Assembly (NCBI RefSeq): GCF_001194135.2
Contig: NC_069000.1
Coordinates: 25,238,643-25,302,642, forward strand
DNA length: 64,000 nt
Direction of reading: 5' to 3'
Origin: Octopus bimaculoides
Taxonomy: Eukaryota
Shown: positions 1 to 10,946 of the stretch, piece by piece
Position numbering within the stretch: position 1 is the first letter of the stretch
Layout of the letters: each line of letters starts with the position of its first letter
Notes under the pieces: model-generated
Databases searched by the model: none
The model's input: the letters and a program-made list of their open reading frames with translations, nothing else
Told to the model about the DNA's origin: nothing
Translations under genes and position numbers: made by a program

Positions 1-48
<48 letters not shown>
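1..48. repeat. (TG)n microsatellite
   Basis: Direct sequence. Confidence 0.99.
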
Positions 49-52
<4 letters not shown>

Positions 53-199
53 TAAGCCTTTGTTGATTCACCAGAAGCGATGAATTACAGGACTCAATAG
101 ACAATATTTTTTGATACATTATAACTGAAAGGATCTGGTTTCTATTTGTCAGCTGGTGATCGGAAACGAATAACTCTAAAGACTGCTCTTGACAAGCAT

Positions 200-1026
200 G
201 CACAACTGCAAACATTGCAGACCAAGCTTTCCCCATTCACTATACAAGCCGTGCGCTTTCGCGCGGCTCGCTTAAGTTCTTCACGCTGGATACGTGCTCT
301 CTCAAAAGTGTCGATCCCCTCCTTAACCTGCTTCCTCCATCTGTGGCGATGACAAGCATTGTTCTCTCAGTCAGTGTCCTGCATATCACAGGCCTTTAAT
401 GAGGACATGACACAGTCCTTAAATCGCAGCCTTGGTTTCTGCCGGGGTCTCTTCCATTCACAAGTTCCCCATATAGCATCTGCTTAGGTGTTCTGCTATC
501 CTTCATTCTAATAAGGTGTCCAGTCCAACATGACCGGTACTTGTGCACCATCGCCTCAATACTCAAGATATCAGCTGTCCTCAGGACCTGTGTGTCTGGA
601 GTTTTTAAGGTCCAGCCGACATTTCAGAATGTGTCCCAGACACATGAAAACGTTCAAGGACCCTTACATGACGTTTGTAAAGGGTCCATATCTCACATGA
701 ATAAAGGAGCGATGTCAGTACACATGTACAGTACACAGCAACTTTTGTTTCCTTTGTGATGCCATGCTGGGACCAGACATAAGACTCAAGAGACCGGAAG
801 GAATCAGTTGCTCTCTGCAGCCTGAAAGATATGTCATCATCCAGGGAACAAGAACGGCTGAGTGTGCTGCCCAGGTAGACAAACTTGTTTACCACTTTCA
901 GAATTGTTCCTTCAACCAAGATAGCTGGTTCCACATATGAATTTCCTGGTGCAGGCTGGAACATTACAACAATCTTGTCCAGGCTAATGCTGAGTCCAAA
1001 TGCTTTGCAAAAAGTAGGTATGCGAT
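200..1026 (-). mobile_element. RTE-clade LINE, 3' half of RT (decayed)
   Basis: Minus-strand translation CKAFGLSISLDKIVVMFQPAP...VVNKFVYLGSTLSRSCSLDDDISFRLQRATDSF...KETKVAVYCTCVLTSLLYSCEIWTLYKRHVRVLERFH is the typical RTE post-YADD region. Confidence 0.93.
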
Positions 1027-1778
1027 TCAGCTCCTTTGCTTTCCAAGGAGTTTTCCATCCTATTTACTAAATCAACAGAAATCACAGGTCGCTGGATCGA
1101 ACACTTCTCTGAACTCCTAAACCATTAGTCAGTTGTGAATGAAACAGTGATTGATACTAAGATACAAAGACCTATCATTGGCTCCTTAAATTTTACGCCC
1201 TCAATAGATGATGTAATTACATCAATAAGTAAATTCAATCTTGGTAGGGCACCTAGAAAGGATGGAATTTGTGCTGAGGTCTTGCGATTTGGTGGTGATT
1301 ACTTATTAGTGCAGTCTGGAGGGATGGTGCAATTCCTAAGGACTGGAATGATGCAGTTATTCTCCCTCTCTATAAAGGAAAAAGAGCCAGAACAATCATC
1401 TATTATCTGCTGGCAAGGTTCTGGCAAATATTCGTCTTACCCGTTTGAATGGATGTCTTTTAAAATGATATCCTATCTGATTCTTAATGTGGCTTCCGAT
1501 CAGGTAGAGGGACAATGGATATGATTTTCACAGCAAAACAGATGCAGGTGAAGTACTATGAGCAGAATATGGATCTTGTCCAGGTATTCATTGATTTAAC
1601 GAAGGCCTTTGATACTGTGAATAAAGCCGTGCTATGGAAAATATTAGCAAACCTGGATGTTCGGATCACTTTGTAGCTATAATTAAGTCATTTCATGATG
1701 GGATGGAAGCTTGGGTCAATGTTGGTGGTGGGATGGCGGGACCCATTCCTGTAGAGAATGGTATCAAGCAGGTTCTTC
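1027..1778 (+). mobile_element. RTE-clade LINE, N-terminal RT segment, inverted relative to 200-1026
   Basis: TPSIDDVITSISKFNLGRAPRKDGICAEVLRFGG, DLTKAFDTVNK, FVAIIKSFHDGMEAWVNVGG...PVENGIKQ. Confidence 0.92.
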
Positions 1779-2168
1779 AATGTGCAGCTGAAACACTCAG
1801 ATATGCTACTGCCAGACACAGAGACTGGTTTGATGAAAATGATGCTGAAGTTCAGCGACTATTGGTGGTAAAGTGCCATGCCCACAATTTATTGCTACAC
1901 AGAGAACTGTCTACTGTACAGCGAAGTCTAGCACTTGCCCACTATAACAGTGTAAAATCACTACTGTAGCGATCTCTCAGGAAGATGCAGAACACTTGGT
2001 GGGAGGATCTTGCTCGTGATGTTCAGGCTGTTGCTGATGCAAATGACAGCAAGAAGCTTTACCATCTTTTGAAGCGAGCTTATGGACCTAAGAGCTCTAC
2101 ATCAGCTCCTTTGCTTTCCAAGGAGCCTTCCACTCTGTTTACTAAATCAACAGAAATCACAAGTCGAC
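1775..2168 (+). mobile_element. RTE-clade LINE, EN-RT linker segment (out of order)
   Basis: RHRDWFDENDAEVQRLL and MQNTWWEDLARDVQAVADANDSKKLYHLLKRAYGPKS are typical RTE linker motifs. Confidence 0.9.
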
Positions 2169-2349
2169 TCCATTATTAAGTGATATCTTATTTATCGACT
2201 CCGGAGGATGAAAAACAAAGATGAAATCGATGGAATTTGAACACATAGTCGGAGAAAATATCGCTAGACACTGTAACCAACAAACTACCAATTTGTCATT
2301 TAAAAAAAAATTTGGTACTGTTATTTGGTGCCTTATAGTGTATATATAT

Positions 2350-2866
2350 AAATGATATAAGAGCATATGCATGTATACATACATATATGTACATACCTAC
2401 ATCCACATGTATATATAGAAGCATATCCGGGTACAGGACGTCAGAAAAATGAACGGGAACATAAAGCACAAAAACGAACTTTGTTTACAGACAACAGAAT
2501 GAACACATAGGAAAAGAGACGGGCCACTTATGAAATTATTCCTTCATCAGCTGCCTTTATTCTAAACTATCCTCTGTTTAGTGGGTTAATCCACTACTCA
2601 GGAAGAGCTATTCTAAGATCGCGTTCTGCCTCATCTTCGAAACGCCTAGTTTAGAATAGAGGCAGCTGATGAAGGAATAATTCCATAAGTGGCCCGTCTG
2701 TCTGCCTATGTGTTCGTTCTGTTGTCTGTAAACAAAGTCCGTTTTTGTGCTTTATGTTCCCGTTCATTTTTCTGACGTCCTGTACCCGGATATGCATCTA
2801 TATATACATGTAGATGTAGGTATGTACATATACGTATGTATATATGCATATGCTCTTATACCATTT
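2350..2866. repeat. Foldback 1: ~220-bp inverted arms (2350-2569 / 2647-2866) with a 77-bp spacer; probable Penelope pLTR remnant
   Basis: Arms are near-perfect reverse complements (e.g. atccgggtacaggacgtcagaaaaatgaacgggaacataaagcac vs gtgctttatgttcccgttcatttttctgacgtcctgtacccggat). CTGATGA reads outward in both arms. The PLE origin is inference. Confidence 0.85.
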
Positions 2867-3114
2867 GTATTATTATATTATCGAACGCGACGCGTTCATT
2901 TGCAAGTATATATACATATACATATATATCATACATATGTATGTGTGTGTAATTAGACATACATCTATTATATATTATATGATAGATATGTCTATCTATC
3001 TATCTTATATACATATGTAGGTGTGTGTGTATGTACAGATATACACACATGCATCATATATTATATATAAGATATATATTGTATCATTATATCATATATA
3101 TCATATATATATAT

Positions 3115-3226
<112 letters not shown>

Positions 3227-3740
3227 TGTGAGAGAGAAGAGCAGTTAAAAACTTATCTTCCATGCGTATTGAATGATCAACGTTTAAATAAAACATCAAC
3301 AATTTTCCTTGATGCGAAATAATTGTAGAAGGCGGGCGAGATGAATGAAGTTTATTTCAAAGTTACCGTGGTTAATACAGAACTAGTTTTATGTTAAATG
3401 CATAAGTTAAATAAATAGATTAAAAAAAATTAATTTGATTTAAATTTGAAACATACTACAATCTTCAGCTGTATACGCCATATTTTGTGAAAAAATATGC
3501 ATAACTTTAAAATATATTTACCTCTATTCATCCACAGTAATTCGTAATTCAAGGTACTCAAATATTTAAAAATAGTTAAAGAGAAAGAAAAAGCCATGCA
3601 TCTTCGTTTACAATTCAACACGCTCCTAACTTGCCGTTGGGACGACGTCGGCAAATTATGCATATATAGAGGAGACACATAGAGAGAAGGAGAAGAACAG
3701 TTAAAAACTTACCTTCCATGCGTGTTGAATGATCAATGTT

Positions 3741-3785
<45 letters not shown>

Positions 3786-4064
3786 GTTAGGGAATTACAA
3801 ACTCCGAACTTACAAGGATATACAATTTAATAATATCAAATTGAATTATATAATGAAAAATATATTAATAATTTAGAGAAGAACTACCACGGGTGCAACT
3901 CAAACGATGAAGGAGATCAGACATCATAAAAAAGCATACTATACAAAATACTAATTTAAAAATCTAAAAAATTCAAGAGAAAATTTGTAATCCATAAAAT
4001 CTATAAACTATTAGACTAAAAATTTAAATCAGTTTAGTAAATTTATAAAAACGAAAGTAAATAA

Positions 4065-4172
4065 AAGACTACGCGCGTTTCATGGCCACATAAAAGTGGG
4101 AAAGATCTGGTCAATCTATAATGAATCGATTAAGATAAATACCACTCATAATGAGGACACTCTTCAGGTCTT
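4065..4172 (-). ncRNA. Type-I hammerhead ribozyme (minimal stem III, extended stem II)
   Basis: Minus strand: AAGAC-CUGAAGA-GUGUCC-(~70 nt)-GGCCAU-GAAAC-GCGC-GUA^GUCUU. Stem I is a perfect 5 bp, the core boxes are intact and the stem-III loop GCGC is palindromic. Confidence 0.8.
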
Positions 4173-4286
4173 GTGGTTTCAAAAACGGTATCTTGGCAGA
4201 AACGTTAGCGTGTCTTGCGATAATGCTTAGCGGTCGACTTTTCATTTCGTACATCTTAAATATTAGGATACGTTTTTTGAAGTCAC

Positions 4287-4394
4287 AAGACATGAAGAGT
4301 GTCCTCATTATGAGTGGCATTTATCTTAATCAATTCATTATAGATTGACCAGATCTTTCCCACTTTTATGTGGCCATGAAACGCGCGTAGTCTT
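4287..4394 (+). ncRNA. Hammerhead copy with a core mutation (CUGAAGA>AUGAAGA), probably inactive
   Basis: aagac-ATGAAGA-gtgtcc...ggccat-GAAAC-gcgc-GTA-gtctt. Confidence 0.7.
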
Positions 4395-4606
4395 TTATTC
4401 ACTTTCGTTTTTATAAATTTACTAAACTGATTTAAATCTTAATTTAATTTTTTATAGAGTTTATGGATTACAAATTTTCTCTTGAATTTTTTAGATTTTT
4501 AAATTAGTATTTTGTATAGTACGCTTTTTTTGATGGTGTCTGATCTCCTTCATCGTTTGAGTTGAACCGTGGTGGTTCTTCTCTAAATTATTAATATATA
4601 TATATA

Positions 4607-5405
4607 TAATTATTTATTTAAAGGTCACAGTACATGTATTAAAGGGCTACTGATAGTTTCATATGTTGAAAGAACCAAACATATTCTTCAGGTGCAAACC
4701 ACGAAGTAAATTAATTGAATAATAGAAGAAACGTGAAAAAACTGAGAAGGCAGCATATAGAAAACGCAGACAGTCAACAACGGAAAACGAAAACCCGAAA
4801 ACGAAAAACAGAAACTAAATGTCAAAAATAAAAAGTAAAAGGTAAAACGGCAAAAGAGCTATCCTCCTTAGACCTTAAATGATAATGCTGAAAAGATATC
4901 AAGTCGGTCAGGAATAGACGGAATTTTCCAGTTCTTCAGAATATATTTGTACATATGCATGTAACCATTGAAAATTTCTGACCTGGAGTTGAGTTCAATA
5001 GAGAATTATGGATCTTAGATCAGAACAGAATCTGCGCTCTTTCAGCCAAACAAAATCTACATTTATTCGATCCATTTACATAAGGTATGGATTTCTCAAT
5101 TACTTTCCATTTAACCACGTATGAACTTTAAAAGATATCGAAACACCACATGTTTTACCTTTTACCTTTTTACCTTTTTACCATTTACATTTTATTTTTG
5201 ACATTTACTTTCTGTTTTTCGTTTACCGGTTTTCGTTTTCCGTTGATGACTGTCTGCGTTTTCAATATGCTGCCTTCTCACGTTTCTGCTATTATTCAAT
5301 TTCTTCAGTTCGTTATGATATGTGGTTTGCGCCTAAAGAATATTTTTGAGTTCTCTCTATTAGTAGCACTTTAATACATATACTGTGATCTTTAAATAAT
5401 ATTTA
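4607..5405 (-). mobile_element. 5'-truncated Penelope-like element: inverted pLTR + GIY-YIG C-terminus + pLTR (foldback 3)
   Basis: Arms at 4607-4847 / 5153-5405. The spacer translates on minus as VKWKVIEKSIPYVNGSNKCRFCLAERAQILF*...LLN/SRSEIFNGYMHMYKYILKNWK, matching the KWKI...KCxLCLxEK...LLNxRSE...CRH tail of PLE endonucleases. Confidence 0.85.
4644..4696 (-). ncRNA. Degenerate hammerhead-like motif
   Basis: CUGAAGA-AUAUGUU-(10 nt)-AACAUAU-GAAAC-UAUCA-GUA. Stem II is a perfect 7 bp but stem I is poor. Confidence 0.5.
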
Positions 5406-5629
5406 TCTCTCACCAGATGGAGAACTTTTTTGATGAATTTTCTATCACGGATCAGGACATTATATATATATANNNNNNNNNNNNNNNNNNNNNNNNNNNN
5501 NNNNNNNNNNNNNNNNNNNNNNNNNNNNNNNNNNNNNNNNNNNNNNNNNNNNNNNNNNNNNNNNNATTTCATTATAACTGCCACAAAAGGTGTATTTTCC
5601 ATCACAAAAAAAAGTACAAAAACTGTCAG

Positions 5630-5760
5630 CTGGAGGCGGGAGAGATTGTTGGAGGTTTGGTGAAAAAGATTGTGGGAGGTCGGTGAGAGAGGTTTCAGAG
5701 GTTGGCGAGAGAGGTTGTCGGGGGTTGGCGAGAAAGATTGTGGGAGGTCGGTGTGAAAAG
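5630..5760. repeat. GA/GG-rich degenerate minisatellite (gattgtgggaggtcggtg-like units)
   Basis: Direct sequence. Confidence 0.7.
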
Positions 5761-6235
5761 TTATATAAATAGATGAATGAAGTGTTTGAAGAAAGTGCAG
5801 TTCCCACTCACTGATGGTCGCTCTCAGTAACTGTCTTTACATTACGGAGTTCTTATTTCTATAACTATTGAAAAGCAGTCAGAAGGATAGACATATTGTT
5901 GAGAACAAATGTTATCTCCATTCCAGCCACTGGTGGCCTAGAAGAGGTTAGAAGGGTCAAGCGGCAAAGACATTATTCTGCATGGTGAAGGCACCTGGGA
6001 AATGTACAACTGCTGTCATTCACAGAAAAACTATTGTTTTACCGTGAGAAAAGCGCCGTTGAAGTGTTAAGTGAAATTTGGCAATCGAGGATCGAATCCA
6101 CGCTATGCCTGCATGAAGCCACTGAACGACCTATATCAGTTAATAAAACTGATGCTCACATTTGCATTTTTTTTCGGTTCAAGGGTTTATGTGCATGTTT
6201 ATGTATATATATGTGCGCGCGCGCGCGGATTTATG

Positions 6236-6740
6236 TACGAGGTCTGATCAATAAGTATCCGGACTGTTGCCATAGTAACGAAGCTAAATCACGCAGAGTG
6301 AAGCCGTTTGGCACAGATTTTTTTGAACTCTGCAGTGCATGCGCACTAAGTTTAACGTTCTAGACCACTTCTGCTGTTTATAGCAGTGCTTTGAAGGAAG
6401 GTGTGTAGCGTGTGATCGTCGCATTGATCATGACGGAGAAAGTTGTCATGGCGATACCTGCTGACAGGCCTACGCAAAGTTGCAGAAAATGTATGGCGAG
6501 GAGTGTATGAGCCGCACACAAGTGTACGAGTGGGTCAGACGTTTCCAAGACGGCCAAAAAATGTTGATATTGATGAACGTTCTGGGAGACCCGCAACCAG
6601 CAGAACTGAGAAAAACTTCACAGATATGCGTGCAGCAGTGAGGGAAAAAAGTCGAATCGCAATCCGTAAGTTATCGTGCTTGCCAAGTTTGTGCCAAAAC
6701 TGCTTTCAGCTGACCAAAAAGACATTCGGGTTTCAGTTGC
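6236..6740 (+). mobile_element. Mariner 5' fragment (TIR + HTH)
   Basis: TA+CGAGGTCTGATCAATAAGTATCCGGAC TIR; MSRTQVYEWVRRFQDG, VDIDERSGRPATSRTEKN, VPKLLSADQK. Confidence 0.9.
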
Positions 6741-6845
6741 ACAAGAAATCATTGTTGAAATATTTTGTGTATCGTAGAAGTGTAACCAGTTTATTGCAGA
6801 AAAATTTTAACAACAAAATCTTATGTGGGCCCCCAGGGGCCATAT

Positions 6846-6867
6846 GGACCCTGGTTAAGAAACACTG
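6846..6867 (-). mobile_element. hAT-like terminal motif (CAGTGTTTCTTAACCAGGGTCC on minus)
   Basis: Resembles Charlie/hAT MITE termini; no partner end found. Confidence 0.4.
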
Positions 6868-6899
6868 TTCTATATAATTTAGCATATATTCCGCCTCCA

Positions 6900-7175
6900 A
6901 GTCTCTCTTTCTCCACCTCTCTCTTTCTCCACCTCTCTCTTTCTCCTCCTCTCTCTTTCTCCACCTCTCTATTTCTCCACCTCTCTCTTTCTCCACCTCT
7001 CTCTTTCTTTAGTTCAACTTTACATCTGTCTCACTCTCTTTCTCACTCCATTTCCGTTTTACTCTTCTTCTCTCCTTTCCTCTCTCACCCCATCTCTCTA
7101 ACTCCTCTCTCTAACTCTCTCTCTCTAACTCTCTCTCTCTCTCTCTCTCACTCTCTCTCTCTCTTTCCTTTCCTC
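6900..7175. repeat. CT-rich low complexity / (CT)n
   Basis: Direct sequence. Confidence 0.95.
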
Positions 7176-7959
7176 TGTACAGGAAGCTGGCGGCTGTCTT
7201 TAGAAACAGTGTGTATATTCAACACAACAGATCTCCACACAAAATATTGATTTCAACTCTGGTAAACAATTTCTCTTATTTCTCTTTCCTTTCTTTCTTC
7301 CTTCCTTTCTCCTCCTTCTCCTCATCTCACCTCACATCTTCCTTCACAGACTAAACGGTGTTCTATGAATAGAATTCTACTCCGTCTGCAATTAGAGACA
7401 ATACTCCATTCTTGTGGAACACATGTGAAACTACGCAGCGCATCCATAAACCGTGACGTACGAATAAAGTCGGTCATCTATTTCGAGACGGAACGCAGTA
7501 GACAGACTAAACAGATTCACACACAGACATAGGTGACGATATATGTGTGTACACGTGTGTGTGTATGTGTGTGTGTGTGAGTTTGTGCGTGTGTATGTGC
7601 GTGCGTGCGTATTTACAGCCGATGCGGGTTCAAGTCTCATGTGCAACCTTCGGTTTTTTTCTATCTAAAAGGTTTTTAACCCAATATTTACACGATGTCA
7701 TAAATAGGTTTATCCTGTTTCGTGATTCCCTGTTCCAATACATACATATATGCACACACACATACATACATACATACATGCATACATCAACATAGCGTCG
7801 AATACAGACATGTTAGCATTGAGGACTTTTCTTTCTCCCAGTTACTGAATACTATAATTTTTGCCATTAATGCAAGCCTGGTAAAAGAAATGGTTATTTT
7901 TCTTTGAGTAAATGTAAAGAAACAACCTTTTTTGCAAAGATCGTATCAATAATCAAATA

Positions 7960-9830
7960 GTGAAATACACATCACGTGGAAAGATTACTATACATCTACC
8001 ATGGAGACTAAAGAACCCGGAATCAGCTTTCGTAGATCGCGGAACTATAGAGAAAAAATTATGTGGACTTTTAAACTGAACCAAGACCTGAGCCATTTCT
8101 ACAAAAAGGCTTGGGAAGATCTCTCTATGGGCTACATGAAGAGACAAAGAATATCGGGATAAGAAATACCCAACATTCTCCGATTTTTCAGCAAAGTAAT
8201 TACGTCAGCAAGTCACACTTGTTAAACAGAAATATATCACTTTACCGAACAAAGTCGCTCAGCTAAAATGCACAAATAATACTATTTGTATTAATTACAC
8301 AGCAAACTTCTTTGATGAAGAGACTGTGAACGACAAGAAACATGACCAAGACGAACACAACAGTAACAAACCGCCACCACTATTCGGACATGTGGCAGCT
8401 ACTTATGATCCCACAAAATCAATTAAGGTTTAACGAATACTAAAATTGCAGGGTGCATTCAAATTCAAACAGAACTTCATTACTTATATACATAAGGCAC
8501 TGCATGAGAGAACAATACCGACACGGAAAAACCCACCGACCTGGTGTTATCCGTGATCGCCGAAATTGCGACAGAATAAGTAGCTCAAATCCAAACTCCC
8601 ATCTTTTGGACAACAAATGTCCTGCTACATTGTGCTGCAGTAACTGTACACCAACAGAGGGGTTGATCCAAAGGATAGTATAGAGCAAGGATAATATAGA
8701 GTTAGAGAGGCTGATCCAAAGGATAATATAGAGCAAAATGGATTACCCTTCTCTAAAATGACATAAACGGTCTCAGAAAAAAAAAAAAAAGACAGCTGGA
8801 CACTGTCATCAAATGCAAGTTTACGAATAACCATCTATGGTGATAGGTTCTCCAAGTTGTATGAGAACTGCCGCCGAGAAACACTCACAAGCAAACTGAT
8901 CAGCTTCAAACACTACATACGAGCGGAAAGTGAAAAACTTNNNNNNNNNNTCAGCTTCAAACACTACATACGAGCGGAAAGTGAAAAACTTTGTTACTAT
9001 AAAAAAATTACATGAGCGGAAAATGATAAACCGAAAGTTTGTCCGAAATCCACAAGCTGTATATCAGAGTATGAAAGGCGATACCATGAAGGTAGTAAAT
9101 GCTCCTCTCTAAGAAGACCTAGAGTCATTTTGGAGGGGAATCTAGAATGTAAACAAAGAACACAACGGCGATGCAGCATGGTTAAACGACCTACGAAACG
9201 AGTACTGTGTAAATGTCTCTTCCAAAACATAAACACCATGAACGAAACACTCCTGATGGTTATTATGAAACTGCCGAATGAAAAATCACTTGAGAGAGGC
9301 CTGATAGTAGGTTACTGGTACAAAAAGCTCACCGTTCTACGAGGAAATTCTTACAAAGGACGCTCAGCTAGATATACCTGATTGGCTGATGGTTGCACTG
9401 ACTACTCTTACCTTCAAAAACAAAGCGACCCATTTTGCCTAAACCTATAGTCCCGTGACTTGTTTGAAGGCTACAATCTGTACACAAGTCTGAATATGTT
9501 TCTCCAAGATAACTGATGAATAGGCAAGAGGAAAGATAGAAGTCTGGGGCTGTGCTGAGCAACCCCTCCTCAAAGAAGCTGTCCTTAAGGAAGCCAGGCA
9601 ACATCACCGCAATCTCTTAACAATATGGCTAAACTACAAGACGGCGTTCGATTCTGTGCCACACTCATGGACGATAGAATCACTATACCTTGCCAAAGTA
9701 CCCGTTGATATAGCCAATGCCATTGAAAGAATGACCACAACATAGTTCACACAGTTATTGCTGGAAACTACTAAAGCAACACCTTTTCTTACAAACAGAA
9801 GTGAGCTATCAACAGGCATATTCCAGGGTG
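7960..9830 (+). mobile_element. R4/Dong-like RLE LINE, N-terminus to early RT (decayed)
   Basis: MWTFKLNQDLSHFYKKAWEDLSMGYMKR (Myb-like start); NRKFVRNPQAVYQSMKG, LESFWRGI, AAWLNDLRNEY; KEARQHHRNLLTIWLNYKTAFDSVPHSW. Confidence 0.85.
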
Positions 9831-9834
9831 AACA

Positions 9835-10060
9835 GTTGTAAGTTGATCCGGACTTTTTTTTTCGAAGGTTATCACTGGTGATGAAAGCTTCTGCTACGGC
9901 TACGACCCAGAAACGAAGTAGCCATCAGGTCGATGGAAGCACTGAATGTCACCACGCTCTCCCCCCGCAAAAGCGCATCAAATGAGATCCAGTGTCAAGA
10001 TGATGCTGGTTTGTTTCATCGATGTGAAACTCATGTGAAATGAGTTCCAACATTAATTTA
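9835..10060 (+). mobile_element. Mariner DDD-domain fragment abutting or interrupting the RLE LINE
   Basis: VITGDESFCYGYDPETK*PSGRWKH...RSSVKMMLVCF. Confidence 0.88.
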
Positions 10061-10616
10061 GTTAGTACCAGCCTTTAACAACATAGTTTTCGTCTCTGAG
10101 GACAACCCCAACAGAATTAAATTTATGTATAATAATTCTAAGATTATTAGATCTTACAAATGTAAACATTGGCAGAAACGCACCTTTAGCTCATATAAGT
10201 GATTTATACCAGTCTGTATAGTTTGAGTATTTAGTTGACCTTGCACTCTACTTCAATAGAGAAATCTACTTCCAAGCCTTTGAACATTTTTTCAGCCAAC
10301 ATATCCCTCTATATCTCTTCTTTATTTGTTCTCTACTTATTATTTCTTTACCCCTTCTCTTCCTATGGTCCACCTTTGACGTCAGATCAACTAACGGTTA
10401 TTTAAAAATACTTAATAGCGTTCTATTTATCATTTATGCAATCATCAAAATTGTTATTATGCCTTGTTGTTGAGATTGGTTCTCCTTCTTTCCTGATGAG
10501 AAAATTACATTATTTTACACCGTTTATTCCTTTGAAATAAAACCAATGTTGTCTTCGAAACATATGACGAAAGTAAAAAAATTTGGATAACATCTGCGTT
10601 TAACTTCATTTATTTA

Positions 10617-10649
<33 letters not shown>

Positions 10650-10803
10650 GACAGATTTCTTTCAGTTTCCGTCTACCAAATCCGCTCACAAGGCTTTGGT
10701 CGGCCCGAGGCTATAGTAGAAGACACTTACCCAAGGTGCCAAGCAGTGGGACTGAACCCGGAACCATGTGGTTGGTAAGCTAGCTACTTACCACACAGCC
10801 ACT
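10650..10803 (-). mobile_element. tRNA-derived SINE, family A (head)
   Basis: Minus strand: agtggctgtgtggtaag (A box) ... ggttcagtcc (B box) ... tatagcctcgggccgaccaaagccttgtgag; other copies occur in this window. Confidence 0.88.
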
Positions 10804-10805
10804 TC

Positions 10806-10946
10806 TGCGCATTTGAGACAGTTTTTAACCAAAAATGGCACGACCTCGTTTACTCACCCTCCCTATTCACCCGATCTTGCTCCCTGCGACGTTTTTTTTG
10901 CAGATGTGGAAGAGGTGAAGAGAAAAACAACGGAGACGTTAAAAGG
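10806..10946 (+). mobile_element. Mariner C-terminal fragment
   Basis: LRQFLTKNGTTSFTHPPYSPDLAPCDVFF. Confidence 0.92.

Larger units (their letters stand above)
3861..4598. mobile_element. Foldback 2: ~330-bp inverted Penelope-type pLTRs (3861-4193 / 4266-4598)
   Basis: Arms are reverse complements along their length, and each carries a hammerhead motif reading outward from the centre. Confidence 0.85.

Noticed and set aside
2620-2710. Possible hammerhead in foldback 1 (GAAAC...CTGATGA or CTGATGA...GTC)
   Set aside because: No arrangement gives GAAA after stem II together with paired stems I and III.
3235-3750. ~60-bp direct repeats (3235-3295 and 3690-3745) as LTRs
   Set aside because: Too short, no TG..CA ends, PBS or TSD; each follows an AG-rich tract and precedes AT-rich sequence.
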